64,000 nucleotides of DNA, taken from assembly GCA_049320885.1 (NCBI GenBank), contig JBMORA010000063.1, positions 1 to 64,000 on the forward strand, written 5' to 3'. Position 1 is the stretch's first letter. Each line of letters begins with the position of its first letter. Below the pieces are notes generated by a model. The model had not been told where the DNA came from, did no database searches, and was given only the letters and a program-made list of their open reading frames with translations. A program made the translations under genes and the position numbers. This document shows positions 8,403 to 17,856 of the stretch, piece by piece. Source of the DNA: Thermodesulfobacteriota bacterium. Lineage in GTDB: Bacteria > Desulfobacterota > Desulfobacteria > Desulfobacterales > SURF-7.

Positions 8403-8975
8403 TTATTCAACCCGCACGGCGGTGCCGTAGGCGTATAATTCGGCCGCGCCCTGGGCAACGGAGGAAGTGGAAAACCGCACATTGACGACGGCGTTGGCGC
8501 CGAGTTGACGGGCCTGGCTGACCATGCGCTCCACCGCCTGCTCGCGGGACTCCTTCAGCAGCTCCGTGTACCCTTTCAATTCACCGCCGATGAGATTTTT
8601 CAGGGATGCCATGATATCGCGGCCCACATGCTTGGCGCGGATGGTGCTGCCGGAAACCAGGCCGAAATGTTCCACAATGGTCGCGCCGGGAATGGTTTCC
8701 ACATTGGTCAGGATCATACCGTCCGCCGGAATGTCTGTGCGCCGTTTCATTTCGATCAACCGGCAGACGGCGCCGGCTTTTTTGAATGCCAGTTCGTATT
8801 TTTCCGCCGCGGCCTCATCGACGGCCGTCTTGATGACCACCGGCGCATCGGCGAACATCCGATCGATGGCTTCAGGGGGTTTCTTCAGTACCACCCCGAG
8901 ATCCTGTTTGACTTCCTCCATGGATTTATCGCCGGCCAGTTTGCCCTCAAATACAACCTTAAACGTCCTCGCCAT
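8403..8975 (-). CDS. YbjQ/UPF0145-family protein with extra N-terminal domain
   Basis: GLVSGSTIRAKHVGRDIMASLKNLIGGELKGYTELL...YGTAV. Start at MARTFKV with GAAAGGA RBS. Confidence 0.9.
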   Translation of the reverse strand: MARTFKVVFEGKLAGDKSMEEVKQDLGVVLKKPPEAIDRMFADAPVVIKTAVDEAAAEKYELAFKKAGAVCRLIEMKRRTDIPADGMILTNVETIPGATIVEHFGLVSGSTIRAKHVGRDIMASLKNLIGGELKGYTELLKESREQAVERMVSQARQLGANAVVNVRFSTSSVAQGAAELYAYGTAVRVE

Positions 8976-9059
8976 CTGCTGTTTCCTTTCTGGTTGGAAA
9001 TCCGCTTTGCATTTCACAGGATTTTCATGACTGCTCACACTGGTGTTTATTCCAGCCAC

Positions 9060-9704
9060 CTAATATCCTAGCTGCTGATTGACGATCACCACGGAAACAG
9101 CGGTCATCATGGGTTTGCGATGCAATATCGTCGTGATATTGCAAATCCGCTGGGGGGAATTGCAATCGATGCAGATGCCGGTTTCCGCGCAGGGGGTTTT
9201 CATGCCGAGACTTCTGGCCCGCATGGGCGCCGCCACCTGCCGGACCCTTTTGATGGCGCTGTCCAGGTCGGGGGTCACCTTGTTGATGCCCGCCACGATG
9301 ATGACCTTCCCCGGACCGAAGGCCATGGCGCTGGTGCGGTTGCCCACGCCGTCCACGTTGACGATTTCACCGGTCATGGCAACGGCGTTGGCGCTGCACA
9401 GAAAACAATCGCAGGATAGTTGACGGCGGCGGCATTCCAGGCTTTCCGTCAGGTTGAACCCACCGGCATTGTGGTCGTACAGAATCTTGCCGCGCTCTTT
9501 AAGTGCCTCCATCAGGCCCAGGGAGCGGGTGGTGTCGGACCCGCCGAAACCGACGGTTGCGCAATCCGCTGCAACCCCCAGAATCACTTCCAGGGCGCCT
9601 TGCCGATCCTCGGCCCAATGAGCGTCAAAACCATGCTTGTTGAGATTCCGGATACAGGTTTCACCGATTTTTTGCCCTAGCCAGGTATGATATGGTTTGG
9701 TCAC
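9060..9704 (-). CDS. LUD-domain (YkgG/LutC-like) protein
   Basis: SANAVAMTGEIVNVDGVGNR, GINKV and CAETGICIDCNSPQRIC. GTG start with GGAGG RBS. Confidence 0.88.
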   Translation of the reverse strand: MTKPYHTWLGQKIGETCIRNLNKHGFDAHWAEDRQGALEVILGVAADCATVGFGGSDTTRSLGLMEALKERGKILYDHNAGGFNLTESLECRRRQLSCDCFLCSANAVAMTGEIVNVDGVGNRTSAMAFGPGKVIIVAGINKVTPDLDSAIKRVRQVAAPMRARSLGMKTPCAETGICIDCNSPQRICNITTILHRKPMMTAVSVVIVNQQLGY

Positions 9705-9759
9705 TGCACACCTCCCGCGGCTGGAAATCACCAGTCCGGCTCTGGCAGGGGATTCCCGC

Positions 9760-10470
9760 TCACTGTTTCAAGAAATATAAAACCAGGCTTTTTCCCAGGA
9801 TCGGATTGAACAGTCTGTCCAGAAAACGGGTCAAAAAAGGTTTTTGCATGATATCCCAGGTAAGAAACCGGTGATACAGGTTGACCGGCCAGGAATCCTT
9901 TCTGCCCGGCCCCACCAGACATTTCAGCCACCAGTAGGGGGAATGAAGGCTATGGGCGTAATGGGTTTCGAAATGACGAACCCCCCCGGCTTCCAATCGT
10001 TGGATCAATTCCCTTTTATCGTAGATGCGGACATGGCCCTGGTTGGCATTGAAATAGTCATCGGACAAGGCCCAGCAGATCCGCTCCGGCAAATACCGGG
10101 GGACACTGACCACCAGCGGCTTCCGGGGCTTCAGAACCCGGATGATCTCCCGCATGGCGGCCCGGTCGTCGGGAATGTGTTCCAGCACCTCGGAGCAAAT
10201 CACCAGATCAAAGCTTTCGTTCTTGAATGGCAGCTGCCGGATATCCGCCGACGAAAGGCACCAGACCCCGCCGCCGTGCTCGGCAAGCGCGTCATGATAG
10301 CACAACCGGTTCCGGGCTTCCTCGAGATCGCTGAAATTCCGGTCCGCCCCCACCACCACGGCGTCCTTCAGACGGTATGCCTCACAGGTGTGGCGTCCCG
10401 GCCCGCAGCCGATATCCAGAATCCGGGCTCCCGGCTCCACCTGGACCCGCTTGAAATCAACGGTGATCAT
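9760..10470 (-). CDS. Class I SAM-dependent methyltransferase
   Basis: LDIGCGPG motif I; LPF..ESFDLVICSEVLEH. Confidence 0.9.
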   Translation of the reverse strand: MITVDFKRVQVEPGARILDIGCGPGRHTCEAYRLKDAVVVGADRNFSDLEEARNRLCYHDALAEHGGGVWCLSSADIRQLPFKNESFDLVICSEVLEHIPDDRAAMREIIRVLKPRKPLVVSVPRYLPERICWALSDDYFNANQGHVRIYDKRELIQRLEAGGVRHFETHYAHSLHSPYWWLKCLVGPGRKDSWPVNLYHRFLTWDIMQKPFLTRFLDRLFNPILGKSLVLYFLKQ

Positions 10471-11707
10471 GGATCACCTCGTTGTACGCCGCAATGGTCT
10501 TTTCCGCCGCCCGCCTCCAGGTGAAATTTTCCTGCACCCGGCGGTACCCGAGCGCACCCAGCTCGGCGGCGCGCTCCGGATTGTCCAGCAGGGAAACGAT
10601 GGCCCCTGCCAGAGCGTCTTCATTGGCCGGCGGCACCAGAATCCCCGCATCCCCGACCACTTCCGGCAGGGCTCCTCCCGTGGTGCTGATGACCGGCACA
10701 CCGCAGGCCATGGCCTCGCCGGCGGGAAGCCCGAACCCCTCGTAGACCGAGGGCACCACGGCCATGGTGGCGCGGGCGTATTGCCGGACGAATTCCTGGT
10801 CATCGATTCTGCCGGTGAAGCGGACATGGTCCTCAATGCCGAGCCGTCCCACCAGCTTGAGGATGCCGCCGTCCGGTTTGGGTGTTCCCACCACGATCAG
10901 ACGGATGGAACGGATCTTTGCCACCCGGGCAACCGCCTTGAGGAGATAATAAAGACCCTTGAGGGGCGTGTCCGCACTGTTGGTGACGATAATACGGTTT
11001 TTGGCCCGTTCGATCTCCGGGATGGGATAAAAAATATCCGTATCGACGCCGTTGGGAACGATCCGGAACCGGTCCCGGGGAACATTGAAATCCCGGCAGA
11101 TATCCTCCCGGGCGCATTCGGATACCGTTATAATGCTTGACAGTTTGCGGGCGACCCGCTTCTGCATGCCGATGAACGAGTGCCACCGCAAATGCTTCAA
11201 TTTCTTCCACGGCGAGCGAACACTGCGGATGGCAATATCCCGGTCCACCGTGATGGGGTGGTGGATGGTGGCGATGGTGGGCACGTATTGACCGATGAAC
11301 CAGATTCCATAGGACAAACTTTGGTTGTCATGAATGATATCGAACTCTTGAAACCGGTGGCGCAGGTAGCGCATAGCCCGCATGCCGAAGGTCAACGGCT
11401 CCGGAAAGCCCATGGTGGCTACTCCCAGCCATTCCAAAAAATTCACGGGGTCGGCAAGCTCCGGCAGGGTCGGTATGCGAAACAGATCCGCTGGATTGTA
11501 CAGATCCAGGCATGGCAGCATGGTCAGCTTGACATTCTGGTCCAGCAGCGGATCCGGCGGCCCGGCGATGACCTCCACGGAATGCCCGAGCCGGCTGAGC
11601 TCCCGGCTCAGATTGCGGATGTACACGCCCTGCCCGCCGCAGTGAGGGTTGCTCCGATAACTGATCAGACCGATCCGGAGCCGCCTGTTTGTCAATGGTG
11701 CCTTCAT
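10457..11707 (-). CDS. Glycosyltransferase family 4 (GT-B)
   Basis: GGQGVY, KG, and EGFGLPAGEAMACG motifs. Confidence 0.93.
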   Translation of the reverse strand: MKAPLTNRRLRIGLISYRSNPHCGGQGVYIRNLSRELSRLGHSVEVIAGPPDPLLDQNVKLTMLPCLDLYNPADLFRIPTLPELADPVNFLEWLGVATMGFPEPLTFGMRAMRYLRHRFQEFDIIHDNQSLSYGIWFIGQYVPTIATIHHPITVDRDIAIRSVRSPWKKLKHLRWHSFIGMQKRVARKLSSIITVSECAREDICRDFNVPRDRFRIVPNGVDTDIFYPIPEIERAKNRIIVTNSADTPLKGLYYLLKAVARVAKIRSIRLIVVGTPKPDGGILKLVGRLGIEDHVRFTGRIDDQEFVRQYARATMAVVPSVYEGFGLPAGEAMACGVPVISTTGGALPEVVGDAGILVPPANEDALAGAIVSLLDNPERAAELGALGYRRVQENFTWRRAAEKTIAAYNEVIHDHR

Positions 11708-11876
11708 CCGCGCATGCCTTTCTGAACGCCATGGAAAAGTCCACTCTTACGCCAGCCGCATCCGGCGTAATCCACATTCGAGCGTTTTCATTAACGCCCG
11801 TCCATGAATTTCGTCAAGTGTTTTTTCCGGCCATGCCGCCTGCGGTAACCCGCAGGTCGGGTTGGCCGGCGGTTAC

Positions 11877-11929
11877 CCGACTGAACGCTTGCTCAAAATT
11901 GTTGACAAATCCGAGAAATTGCTTAATCT
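11877..11929 (+). promoter_or_regulatory. Operator (11877-11901) abutting a sigma70-like promoter of the por operon
   Basis: CCGACTGAACGCTTGCTCAAAATTG is followed directly by TTGACA (11902-11907) and TAATCT. It is 23/25 identical to the reverse complement of 21658-21682. Confidence 0.7.
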
Positions 11930-12005
11930 AACCATTTATGCCTTTTCCCGGAGTCGTTGAGGTCCCGGTGAAGCAACCGGCCCGGTCGCATGGCGCGGCG
12001 GGCTG

Positions 12006-12620
12006 ATGAAAAAAACAGATTTGAATATAAGCGGTTACATGATGAAAAACCAAATTATTGAAATCAGATGGCACGGCCGGGGAGGCCAGGGTGCGATCAC
12101 CGCCGCCAAAATCGTCGCCAATGCGGCCTTTGGATCGGGGTACAGCGGTGTTGTCATGGCCCCAACCTTCGGGACGGAACGGCGGGGGGCACCGGTTTTC
12201 ACCTCCCTGAAAATATCCAAACAGAAAATCTACGACCTGTCCCCCATCGAACAGCCGGACATGATCGTCGTCCTGGACCACCTTCTCCTGGAGGAGGCCG
12301 CCATCGTAAGGGGCTTGAAACCCGGCGGACTGATCATTCTCAATACACCCAAACCACCGGAGGCCTATAATTTCCCGGGAATGAAAATTGCCACGGCCGA
12401 CGTCACCTCCCTTGCCGTCTTGGTGGGCCTCAAACCCGGCATCGTCAATACGGGAATCATTGGCGCCTTTGCCAAAGCCAGCGACCTGGTGGATATGGGA
12501 ATGCTTACCCAGGCCATCAAGGAGGAATTTCACACTCGGAAACCGAACCGGAATGCCCAGGCGGCCCGTCTGGTATATGAAAAAACCGTCATCGGCAGTT
12601 CATTGGAGGTCCGCCCATGA
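12006..12620 (+). CDS. porC: 2-oxoacid:ferredoxin oxidoreductase gamma subunit
   Basis: EIRWHGRGGQGAITAA and FGTERRGAPV. The real start may be 12039 or 12042. Confidence 0.92.
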   Translation: MKKTDLNISGYMMKNQIIEIRWHGRGGQGAITAAKIVANAAFGSGYSGVVMAPTFGTERRGAPVFTSLKISKQKIYDLSPIEQPDMIVVLDHLLLEEAAIVRGLKPGGLIILNTPKPPEAYNFPGMKIATADVTSLAVLVGLKPGIVNTGIIGAFAKASDLVDMGMLTQAIKEEFHTRKPNRNAQAARLVYEKTVIGSSLEVRP

Positions 12621-12922
12621 GTGATCCCACTTACGCCTGCAGAAAATCCCATAGCGAACCCGGACCGGGTGATGCCGGAAAGACCGGATCCTGGCGAGTG
12701 CTGCGTCCGATCATTGATGTCACTGTCTGCATTCCGGCCAAAACCAACAAGATGGCCTGTTTCAATTGCTGGTTGTACTGTCCGGACGGCGTCATCACCC
12801 GCACCATTCCACCTACGATCAATTACGACTATTGCAAAGGCTGCGAAATCTGCGCGGAAGAATGCCCGGTGGACGCCATCCGGATGGTGGAGGAAACCAA
12901 ACTGATCAACGAGGAGAAGTAA
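12617..12922 (+). CDS. porD: 2-oxoacid:ferredoxin oxidoreductase delta subunit (2x4Fe-4S)
   Basis: KTGSWR..RP, CFNCWLYCPD and YCKGCEICAEECP. Confidence 0.92.
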   Translation: MSDPTYACRKSHSEPGPGDAGKTGSWRVLRPIIDVTVCIPAKTNKMACFNCWLYCPDGVITRTIPPTINYDYCKGCEICAEECPVDAIRMVEETKLINEEK

Positions 12923-12926
12923 TCCC

Positions 12927-14120
12927 ATGCATATTATCGAATCGGGAAACGTCGCAGCCGCGAACGGCGTCAAACTGGCCCGGGCCCAGGTAATCGCCGC
13001 CTATCCCATCACGCCCCAGACACCGCTGACTGAAAAACTCTCTGAGTTCGTGGACGCCGGAGAAATGCAGGCCCAATACATCCCGGTGGAAAGCGAACAC
13101 AGCGCCCTGGCGGTCTGTATCGCGGCCTCCAGCGCGGGCGCCAGGGCGTTTACGGCCACGAGCGCCAACGGCCTGCTATATATGGTGGAACAAATTCACT
13201 GGGCCGCCGGAGCGCGCCTGCCCATCGTCATGTGCGTGGTGAATCGCGGCATCGGGGCGCCCTGGACTGTCTGGAACGATCACCAGGACTCCATCTCCCA
13301 GCGCGACGCCGGCTGGATTCAATTGTATGCCTGTGACCATCAGCAGATCATCGACACGGTGATTCAGGCCTTCCTGCTGGCGGAAACGGTCAGCATCCCG
13401 GTGATGGTCTGCTACGACGGCTATCTGCTTTCCCATACCTACATGCCCTTCGATGTTCCGGATACTGAAAAAGTGGATGCCTTCCTGCCGCCATTCCAGC
13501 CGGCATACTACCTGGATCCCGGGAACCCGGCCAACCTCAATACCGTGACCCTGCCGGACATCCGTCCGGATGTGCGCGGCAATATGGCGCCGGGTTACAT
13601 GGAAATCCGTCACAACCTGCATACCGATCTCCGGCGCGCCATGGATAAAATCGCGGAAATCGACGCCCGCTTTCTGAAGCTGTTCGGACGGGGAGGGAAC
13701 CCCTTTGTCGAAGCCTACCGCAGCGATGACGCCGATTTCATTGCCGTCTGTCTCGGGTCCCTGGCCTACCAGCTGAGGGATGTGGTGGATCAGCTGCGGG
13801 AGGAAGGCGTAAAGGCGGGTGTCGTGGGCATTCGCCTGTACCGTCCCTTCCCGGATCAGGCCGTGATCGAAGCGCTGTCAAAAGCCAGAAGCATCATCGT
13901 CTTTGAAAAGGCGCTGAGCTACGGCAACGAGGGCGCCCTCTTCGCCGATATCAAGGCGGCCCTCTATCACAGCCCGCGCAAACCTTCCGCATCCAACTAC
14001 ATCCTGGGACTCGGCGGGCGCGAAATCAGAACGGTGGATCTGCTGAAAACTTTCCGTGAGGCCTGCGCCCTGAACGGCCCGGAAGCCGGAACGCCCAAAT
14101 GGATCGGGCTGAAGCTTTAG
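12927..14120 (+). CDS. porA: 2-oxoacid:ferredoxin oxidoreductase alpha subunit
   Basis: AAYPITPQT, ESEHSA, TATSANGL, RLYRPFP, GLGGR. Confidence 0.93.
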   Translation: MHIIESGNVAAANGVKLARAQVIAAYPITPQTPLTEKLSEFVDAGEMQAQYIPVESEHSALAVCIAASSAGARAFTATSANGLLYMVEQIHWAAGARLPIVMCVVNRGIGAPWTVWNDHQDSISQRDAGWIQLYACDHQQIIDTVIQAFLLAETVSIPVMVCYDGYLLSHTYMPFDVPDTEKVDAFLPPFQPAYYLDPGNPANLNTVTLPDIRPDVRGNMAPGYMEIRHNLHTDLRRAMDKIAEIDARFLKLFGRGGNPFVEAYRSDDADFIAVCLGSLAYQLRDVVDQLREEGVKAGVVGIRLYRPFPDQAVIEALSKARSIIVFEKALSYGNEGALFADIKAALYHSPRKPSASNYILGLGGREIRTVDLLKTFREACALNGPEAGTPKWIGLKL

Positions 14121-14167
14121 AAACAAAATCAATTCATCGCCGGGTTGTCCGGTAAAGGAATACGATC

Positions 14168-15088
14168 ATGAGCGCCAACACGACCATCCTCAGTCTCCCG
14201 GAAGAAGAACTGGTCCATCCGGGCAACCGCGCCTGCGCAGGGTGCGGACTCAGCATTTTATACCGCGTCGGTCTGAAAGCCCTCGGCCGCAACACCATCC
14301 TGGTGGTTCCGCCAAGCTGCCTAACGGTGCTGCAGGGTCTGTATCCCATCGCCGCGACCCAGCTGCCCTGCCTGAACGTCACCTTCGCATCCACGGGCGC
14401 CGCCACCACGGGAATCATCGGCGCCCTGAAAGCCCAGGGCCGCACGGATATCACCGTTGCCGCCTGGGCCGGCGACGGGGGCACCGCCGACATCGGCATC
14501 CAGTCCCTTTCCGGAGCCTGCGAGCGGGGGGAAAACTTCATTTTCATCTGTTATGACAACGAAGCCTATATGAATACAGGCGTACAACGGTCCGGCACGA
14601 CTCCCCAGGGGGTGATCACCACCACCACGCCCATCAGCGGCAAAGCCCAGCAAAAAAAGGATGTGCCGGCCATCATGGCCGCCCATCATCTCAACTATGT
14701 GGCCACGGGCAGCGCCGCCTATCCATTGGATCTGTATGACAAGATCGTCAAGGCCAAAACCGTTTCAGGCCCCAAATACATCCACTTGCAAACCCCCTGC
14801 CCGGCCGGCTGGGGTTTCGATCCCCGCTACACGGTCAAAATCGGCCGTCTGGCCATCGAAACCGGTCTGTTCGATCTCTACGAAATCGATCACGGCGTCT
14901 TCCGGCTGACCGCCGCGTCCCTGAAACTGCTGGGGAAAAAACGCAGACCCGTCTCCGAGTATTTTGAAACCCAGACCCGTTTCCGGGCTCTTTCCGAGGA
15001 GCAGATCACCGCCGTCCAGCGGCAGACGGACGAAAAATGGGCGGAATACGAACGGACACTCGCGGATGCGGGGAAAAGCGAAAAGTAA
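14168..15088 (+). CDS. porB: 2-oxoacid:ferredoxin oxidoreductase beta subunit (TPP-binding)
   Basis: ACAGCG, GDGG...YDNEAYMNTG and PCPAGW. Confidence 0.93.
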   Translation: MSANTTILSLPEEELVHPGNRACAGCGLSILYRVGLKALGRNTILVVPPSCLTVLQGLYPIAATQLPCLNVTFASTGAATTGIIGALKAQGRTDITVAAWAGDGGTADIGIQSLSGACERGENFIFICYDNEAYMNTGVQRSGTTPQGVITTTTPISGKAQQKKDVPAIMAAHHLNYVATGSAAYPLDLYDKIVKAKTVSGPKYIHLQTPCPAGWGFDPRYTVKIGRLAIETGLFDLYEIDHGVFRLTAASLKLLGKKRRPVSEYFETQTRFRALSEEQITAVQRQTDEKWAEYERTLADAGKSEK

Positions 15089-15114
15089 TCAGTAGTCAGA
15101 AGCCAGAATCCAGG
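15087..15114 (+). repeat. Degenerate 7-bp tandem repeat, 4 copies
   Basis: AATCAGT AGTCAGA AGCCAGA ATCCAGG at the porB stop. Confidence 0.5.
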
Positions 15115-15143
15115 AAACGGAAGACGTCATCATACCCCCATCG

Positions 15144-15172
15144 AAGCCGGAGGCATTAAAAGCCTCCGGCTT
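15144..15172. terminator. Hairpin between the convergent por and liu operons
   Basis: Perfect 11-bp stem AAGCCGGAGGC / GCCTCCGGCTT with a 7-nt loop; a T-run follows on the + strand. Confidence 0.75.
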
Positions 15173-15178
15173 GGATTT

Positions 15179-15937
15179 TTAGGCGGTTTCCAGCCCCAGG
15201 GTGAACCGCCAGGCGCAAACCCATTCCGCCGGATGATCATCCGGCGGACAGCCGATGCATTCGGTCCGGATCCGCGGATCGATGGCCCGGGCGAAATACG
15301 TATACTCCACCAGACCGCCGGATTTGCAGGGGTAGTCGTCCAGGTTCTTCCGCCTGCGGGCGGATTGGACGCGGCATTCATTCATCTGAAACACCAACCG
15401 GTCGGATGCCTCTTCGATAAAGGACTGGGTGTTGACCCGGGCGTACAGACGGAACTGGAGGGCCTGCTTCAAACCGGCAAGCCCCGGCCGCGCCGGTAAG
15501 TCCAGAAACCGGCGGATGGACCAGGCTTCGAAGGGGGAAAAATGGGCCCAGCAAGAATCATTGCAGCGCTTGGCGTCGGTCATGCCGTTCTCGAATTCCA
15601 CCGCCTGAAACCAGACGCCGTCATTGGCCAGCCAATTGTTGGCCATGCCGTCCAGCAGTTTCAGGAGGTTTTCCCTGCCCAACTCCAGCAAGGGCGCCGG
15701 CAATTCGCCGGTCATCTCGAATCCCAGGATTTTTGCAAGCCGCTGGAGCTGGATGGGCCAGCTGCGCCGGGATGCCGCACCCAGGGCTTCGAGAGCCCGC
15801 TCCATCCCCATCTGGTGACGGACCTCGGCAAACCAGAGCCCGTAATGCATGATGATGCGGTGCCCCATATCCATCACTAGACGGGCCAGCTCGACTTCTT
15901 CCAGGTCATCGATCCGTTTGACGGCTTGCCCCTTCAT
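15179..15937 (-). CDS. Conserved protein, probably DUF6125 family
   Basis: Duplicated motif HYGLWFAEV / WLANDGVWFQAVE and C-terminal CRVQ..R...PCK...CIGCPPD..CAW. The family name is from recall. Confidence 0.7.
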   Translation of the reverse strand: MKGQAVKRIDDLEEVELARLVMDMGHRIIMHYGLWFAEVRHQMGMERALEALGAASRRSWPIQLQRLAKILGFEMTGELPAPLLELGRENLLKLLDGMANNWLANDGVWFQAVEFENGMTDAKRCNDSCWAHFSPFEAWSIRRFLDLPARPGLAGLKQALQFRLYARVNTQSFIEEASDRLVFQMNECRVQSARRRKNLDDYPCKSGGLVEYTYFARAIDPRIRTECIGCPPDDHPAEWVCAWRFTLGLETA

Positions 15938-15942
15938 CCCGC

Positions 15943-15981
15943 TTCTCCCATTCTACCATTCTACCATTCTACCGCTCTACC
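15943..15981. repeat. 8-bp tandem repeat (TTCTACCA) in about 5 copies
   Basis: TTCTCCCA TTCTACCA TTCTACCA TTCTACCG CTCTACC fills the intergenic gap. Confidence 0.8.
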
Positions 15982-16615
15982 GGTCATACAAGACGGCCAA
16001 TATGGTCGCCTTCCCGGATTTCGCGGCGATCCGATGGGGAGTGGTGGAAAGGTAATATACCGTATCCCCCGGCTCCAGTTCAAACGCATCCTCGCCGATG
16101 GTGACCGCGACCTGCCCTTCCATCACATAGATGAACTCCTCGCCGTCATGAACCGACATCTCGCCGTCGGGATTCTCCTCCAGGACGACCATCAGGGCTT
16201 CCATATGCCGGCCCCTGACCTCCGGAGCCAGGCTTTTGTAACTGTAGAGCTGTTTTTTCCCCTTTTGCGATGTGGAACGGGAGACGGTTTTGCGTTCATT
16301 CTTTCGGGTGACGGAGTAGAACTTGCAGCCGACGCCGGATACGACGCGACTGAAGGCCGAATCCAGGGCCTTGGACAATTTGATGACCGTTCCCAGCTGC
16401 GGCTGGACCTCCTTCCGTTCAATACCGGCCAGCAGGTCCACCTCGAAACCGGTCAGTTTCGACAGTTCCTCAAGGGAAACGCCTTTTGCCTGCCGGATCG
16501 CCTTGATTCTTTCGCCGATGGCCTCGATCCCCTCCTGGGTCGAATGGCAGATATCGCCGGTCAGATCCTCAAAATAATCCACATTGATATGCGGTTTTTC
16601 CTTTTTCGTTTCCAT
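15977..16615 (-). CDS. XRE-family HTH regulator with cupin domain
   Basis: IGERIKAIRQAKGVSLEELS..TG..IER HTH; HDGEEFIYVMEG...GDTVYY..PH cupin. Confidence 0.92.
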   Translation of the reverse strand: METKKEKPHINVDYFEDLTGDICHSTQEGIEAIGERIKAIRQAKGVSLEELSKLTGFEVDLLAGIERKEVQPQLGTVIKLSKALDSAFSRVVSGVGCKFYSVTRKNERKTVSRSTSQKGKKQLYSYKSLAPEVRGRHMEALMVVLEENPDGEMSVHDGEEFIYVMEGQVAVTIGEDAFELEPGDTVYYLSTTPHRIAAKSGKATILAVLYDR

Positions 16616-16660
16616 GGAGACTCCTTGTAATCCCTCTTCTAAGCCATTGACCCTGGAAAA

Positions 16661-17830
16661 TCAACGGGCGCGATATGTTTCCGGCAACTCGGCCCGCTCC
16701 GACCACTCTTTGGGAAAGCGCTGGCCGGCGTCCTCGCCGAATTTCTGTTTGAGCTTCGCCAGACCGGGCCTGGCGTATTGCATATGGCCTTCCTTCAAGG
16801 TTCGGCCGTTGATGATGGCCTCGGATCGCAGGCGGCGTCCGATGGTTTTCTCCATCTGCCGGCCGATCCACAGCACGCGGTCCACATCCCAGCCGTGTTC
16901 GATACCCATCTCATCAATCTGCACCAGGGTGTCCTCCAAGGTCACCAGCCCCACATACCGGGGATCGTCATAATAATAATCGCCGGTTCCCTTGACCGGG
17001 CAATCGTCCAGGAAATTGGCCGGTTGCCCGCCAAGACCGCCGATGGTGGCTTCAAAATTGATGATTCCCGCCTGGAGCGAGGCCAGGACCGAAGCGGCCG
17101 CCACCCGTTTGGTTTCATGGAAATGGGCGATATGGAGCCGCGGATCGGGGATTTCATCCAGAATCATGGAAAAATACCGATAGACTTCCGGAGCGGAAGC
17201 GCTGCCGTCGTGATCGGCATGCTCGATGTCGTGGGCACCGATGGAAAGCCAGCGTTTGGTGAACTCCACGGCGTCTTTCATATCCGTGGCGCCGCCGATG
17301 GGACTGCCCCAGATGGTGCTCACCGTGCCGCACATCTTGATGCCGGCATCCGTGCATTTCCGGATACAGCGTTCCGCTTCCTTCCAGTAAGCCGGGAGGG
17401 TCGTACCGGAATTGGCGAAATGGTGCTGTTCCTCGGTGCTGACCATCATCAGGATGCGATCCGGACCGATCCCCTGTTTTTTCAACTCGATGGCGCGATC
17501 CACGGCGCTCTCCCGGATGGTGATGGCGGTCAGACAGATATCCTGGTAATTAATTCCTTTTTTCGCGCAACGCTCCTTAAAGGCGTCGTCACGGAGATGC
17601 CGGAGCAATTCCTCGGCGTCCCGGAACTGCGGCATCAGGTGGGGATTCCCCAGGTTGGTGACTTCGATATACCGGCAGCCGGCAAAAATCAGCTCTTCCA
17701 GATAAAACTTCTTGGCGGCCGTGGATACGAATTTTTCCTCATGCTGAAAGCCGTCACGGATGGTGATGTCGCCGATGGTGACTTTTTTCGGCATTCGCGG
17801 GAATATGTTCCAGTAATTGTGTTTCGACAT
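16661..17830 (-). CDS. HMG-CoA lyase-like DRE-TIM metallolyase
   Basis: DITIRDGFQHE (DRE helix), HFH metal ligands, GGLGG loop; located in a liu-like operon. Confidence 0.8.
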   Translation of the reverse strand: MSKHNYWNIFPRMPKKVTIGDITIRDGFQHEEKFVSTAAKKFYLEELIFAGCRYIEVTNLGNPHLMPQFRDAEELLRHLRDDAFKERCAKKGINYQDICLTAITIRESAVDRAIELKKQGIGPDRILMMVSTEEQHHFANSGTTLPAYWKEAERCIRKCTDAGIKMCGTVSTIWGSPIGGATDMKDAVEFTKRWLSIGAHDIEHADHDGSASAPEVYRYFSMILDEIPDPRLHIAHFHETKRVAAASVLASLQAGIINFEATIGGLGGQPANFLDDCPVKGTGDYYYDDPRYVGLVTLEDTLVQIDEMGIEHGWDVDRVLWIGRQMEKTIGRRLRSEAIINGRTLKEGHMQYARPGLAKLKQKFGEDAGQRFPKEWSERAELPETYRAR

Positions 17831-17856
17831 TGGTGGGGTTCTCCTTTCTTCAACAG

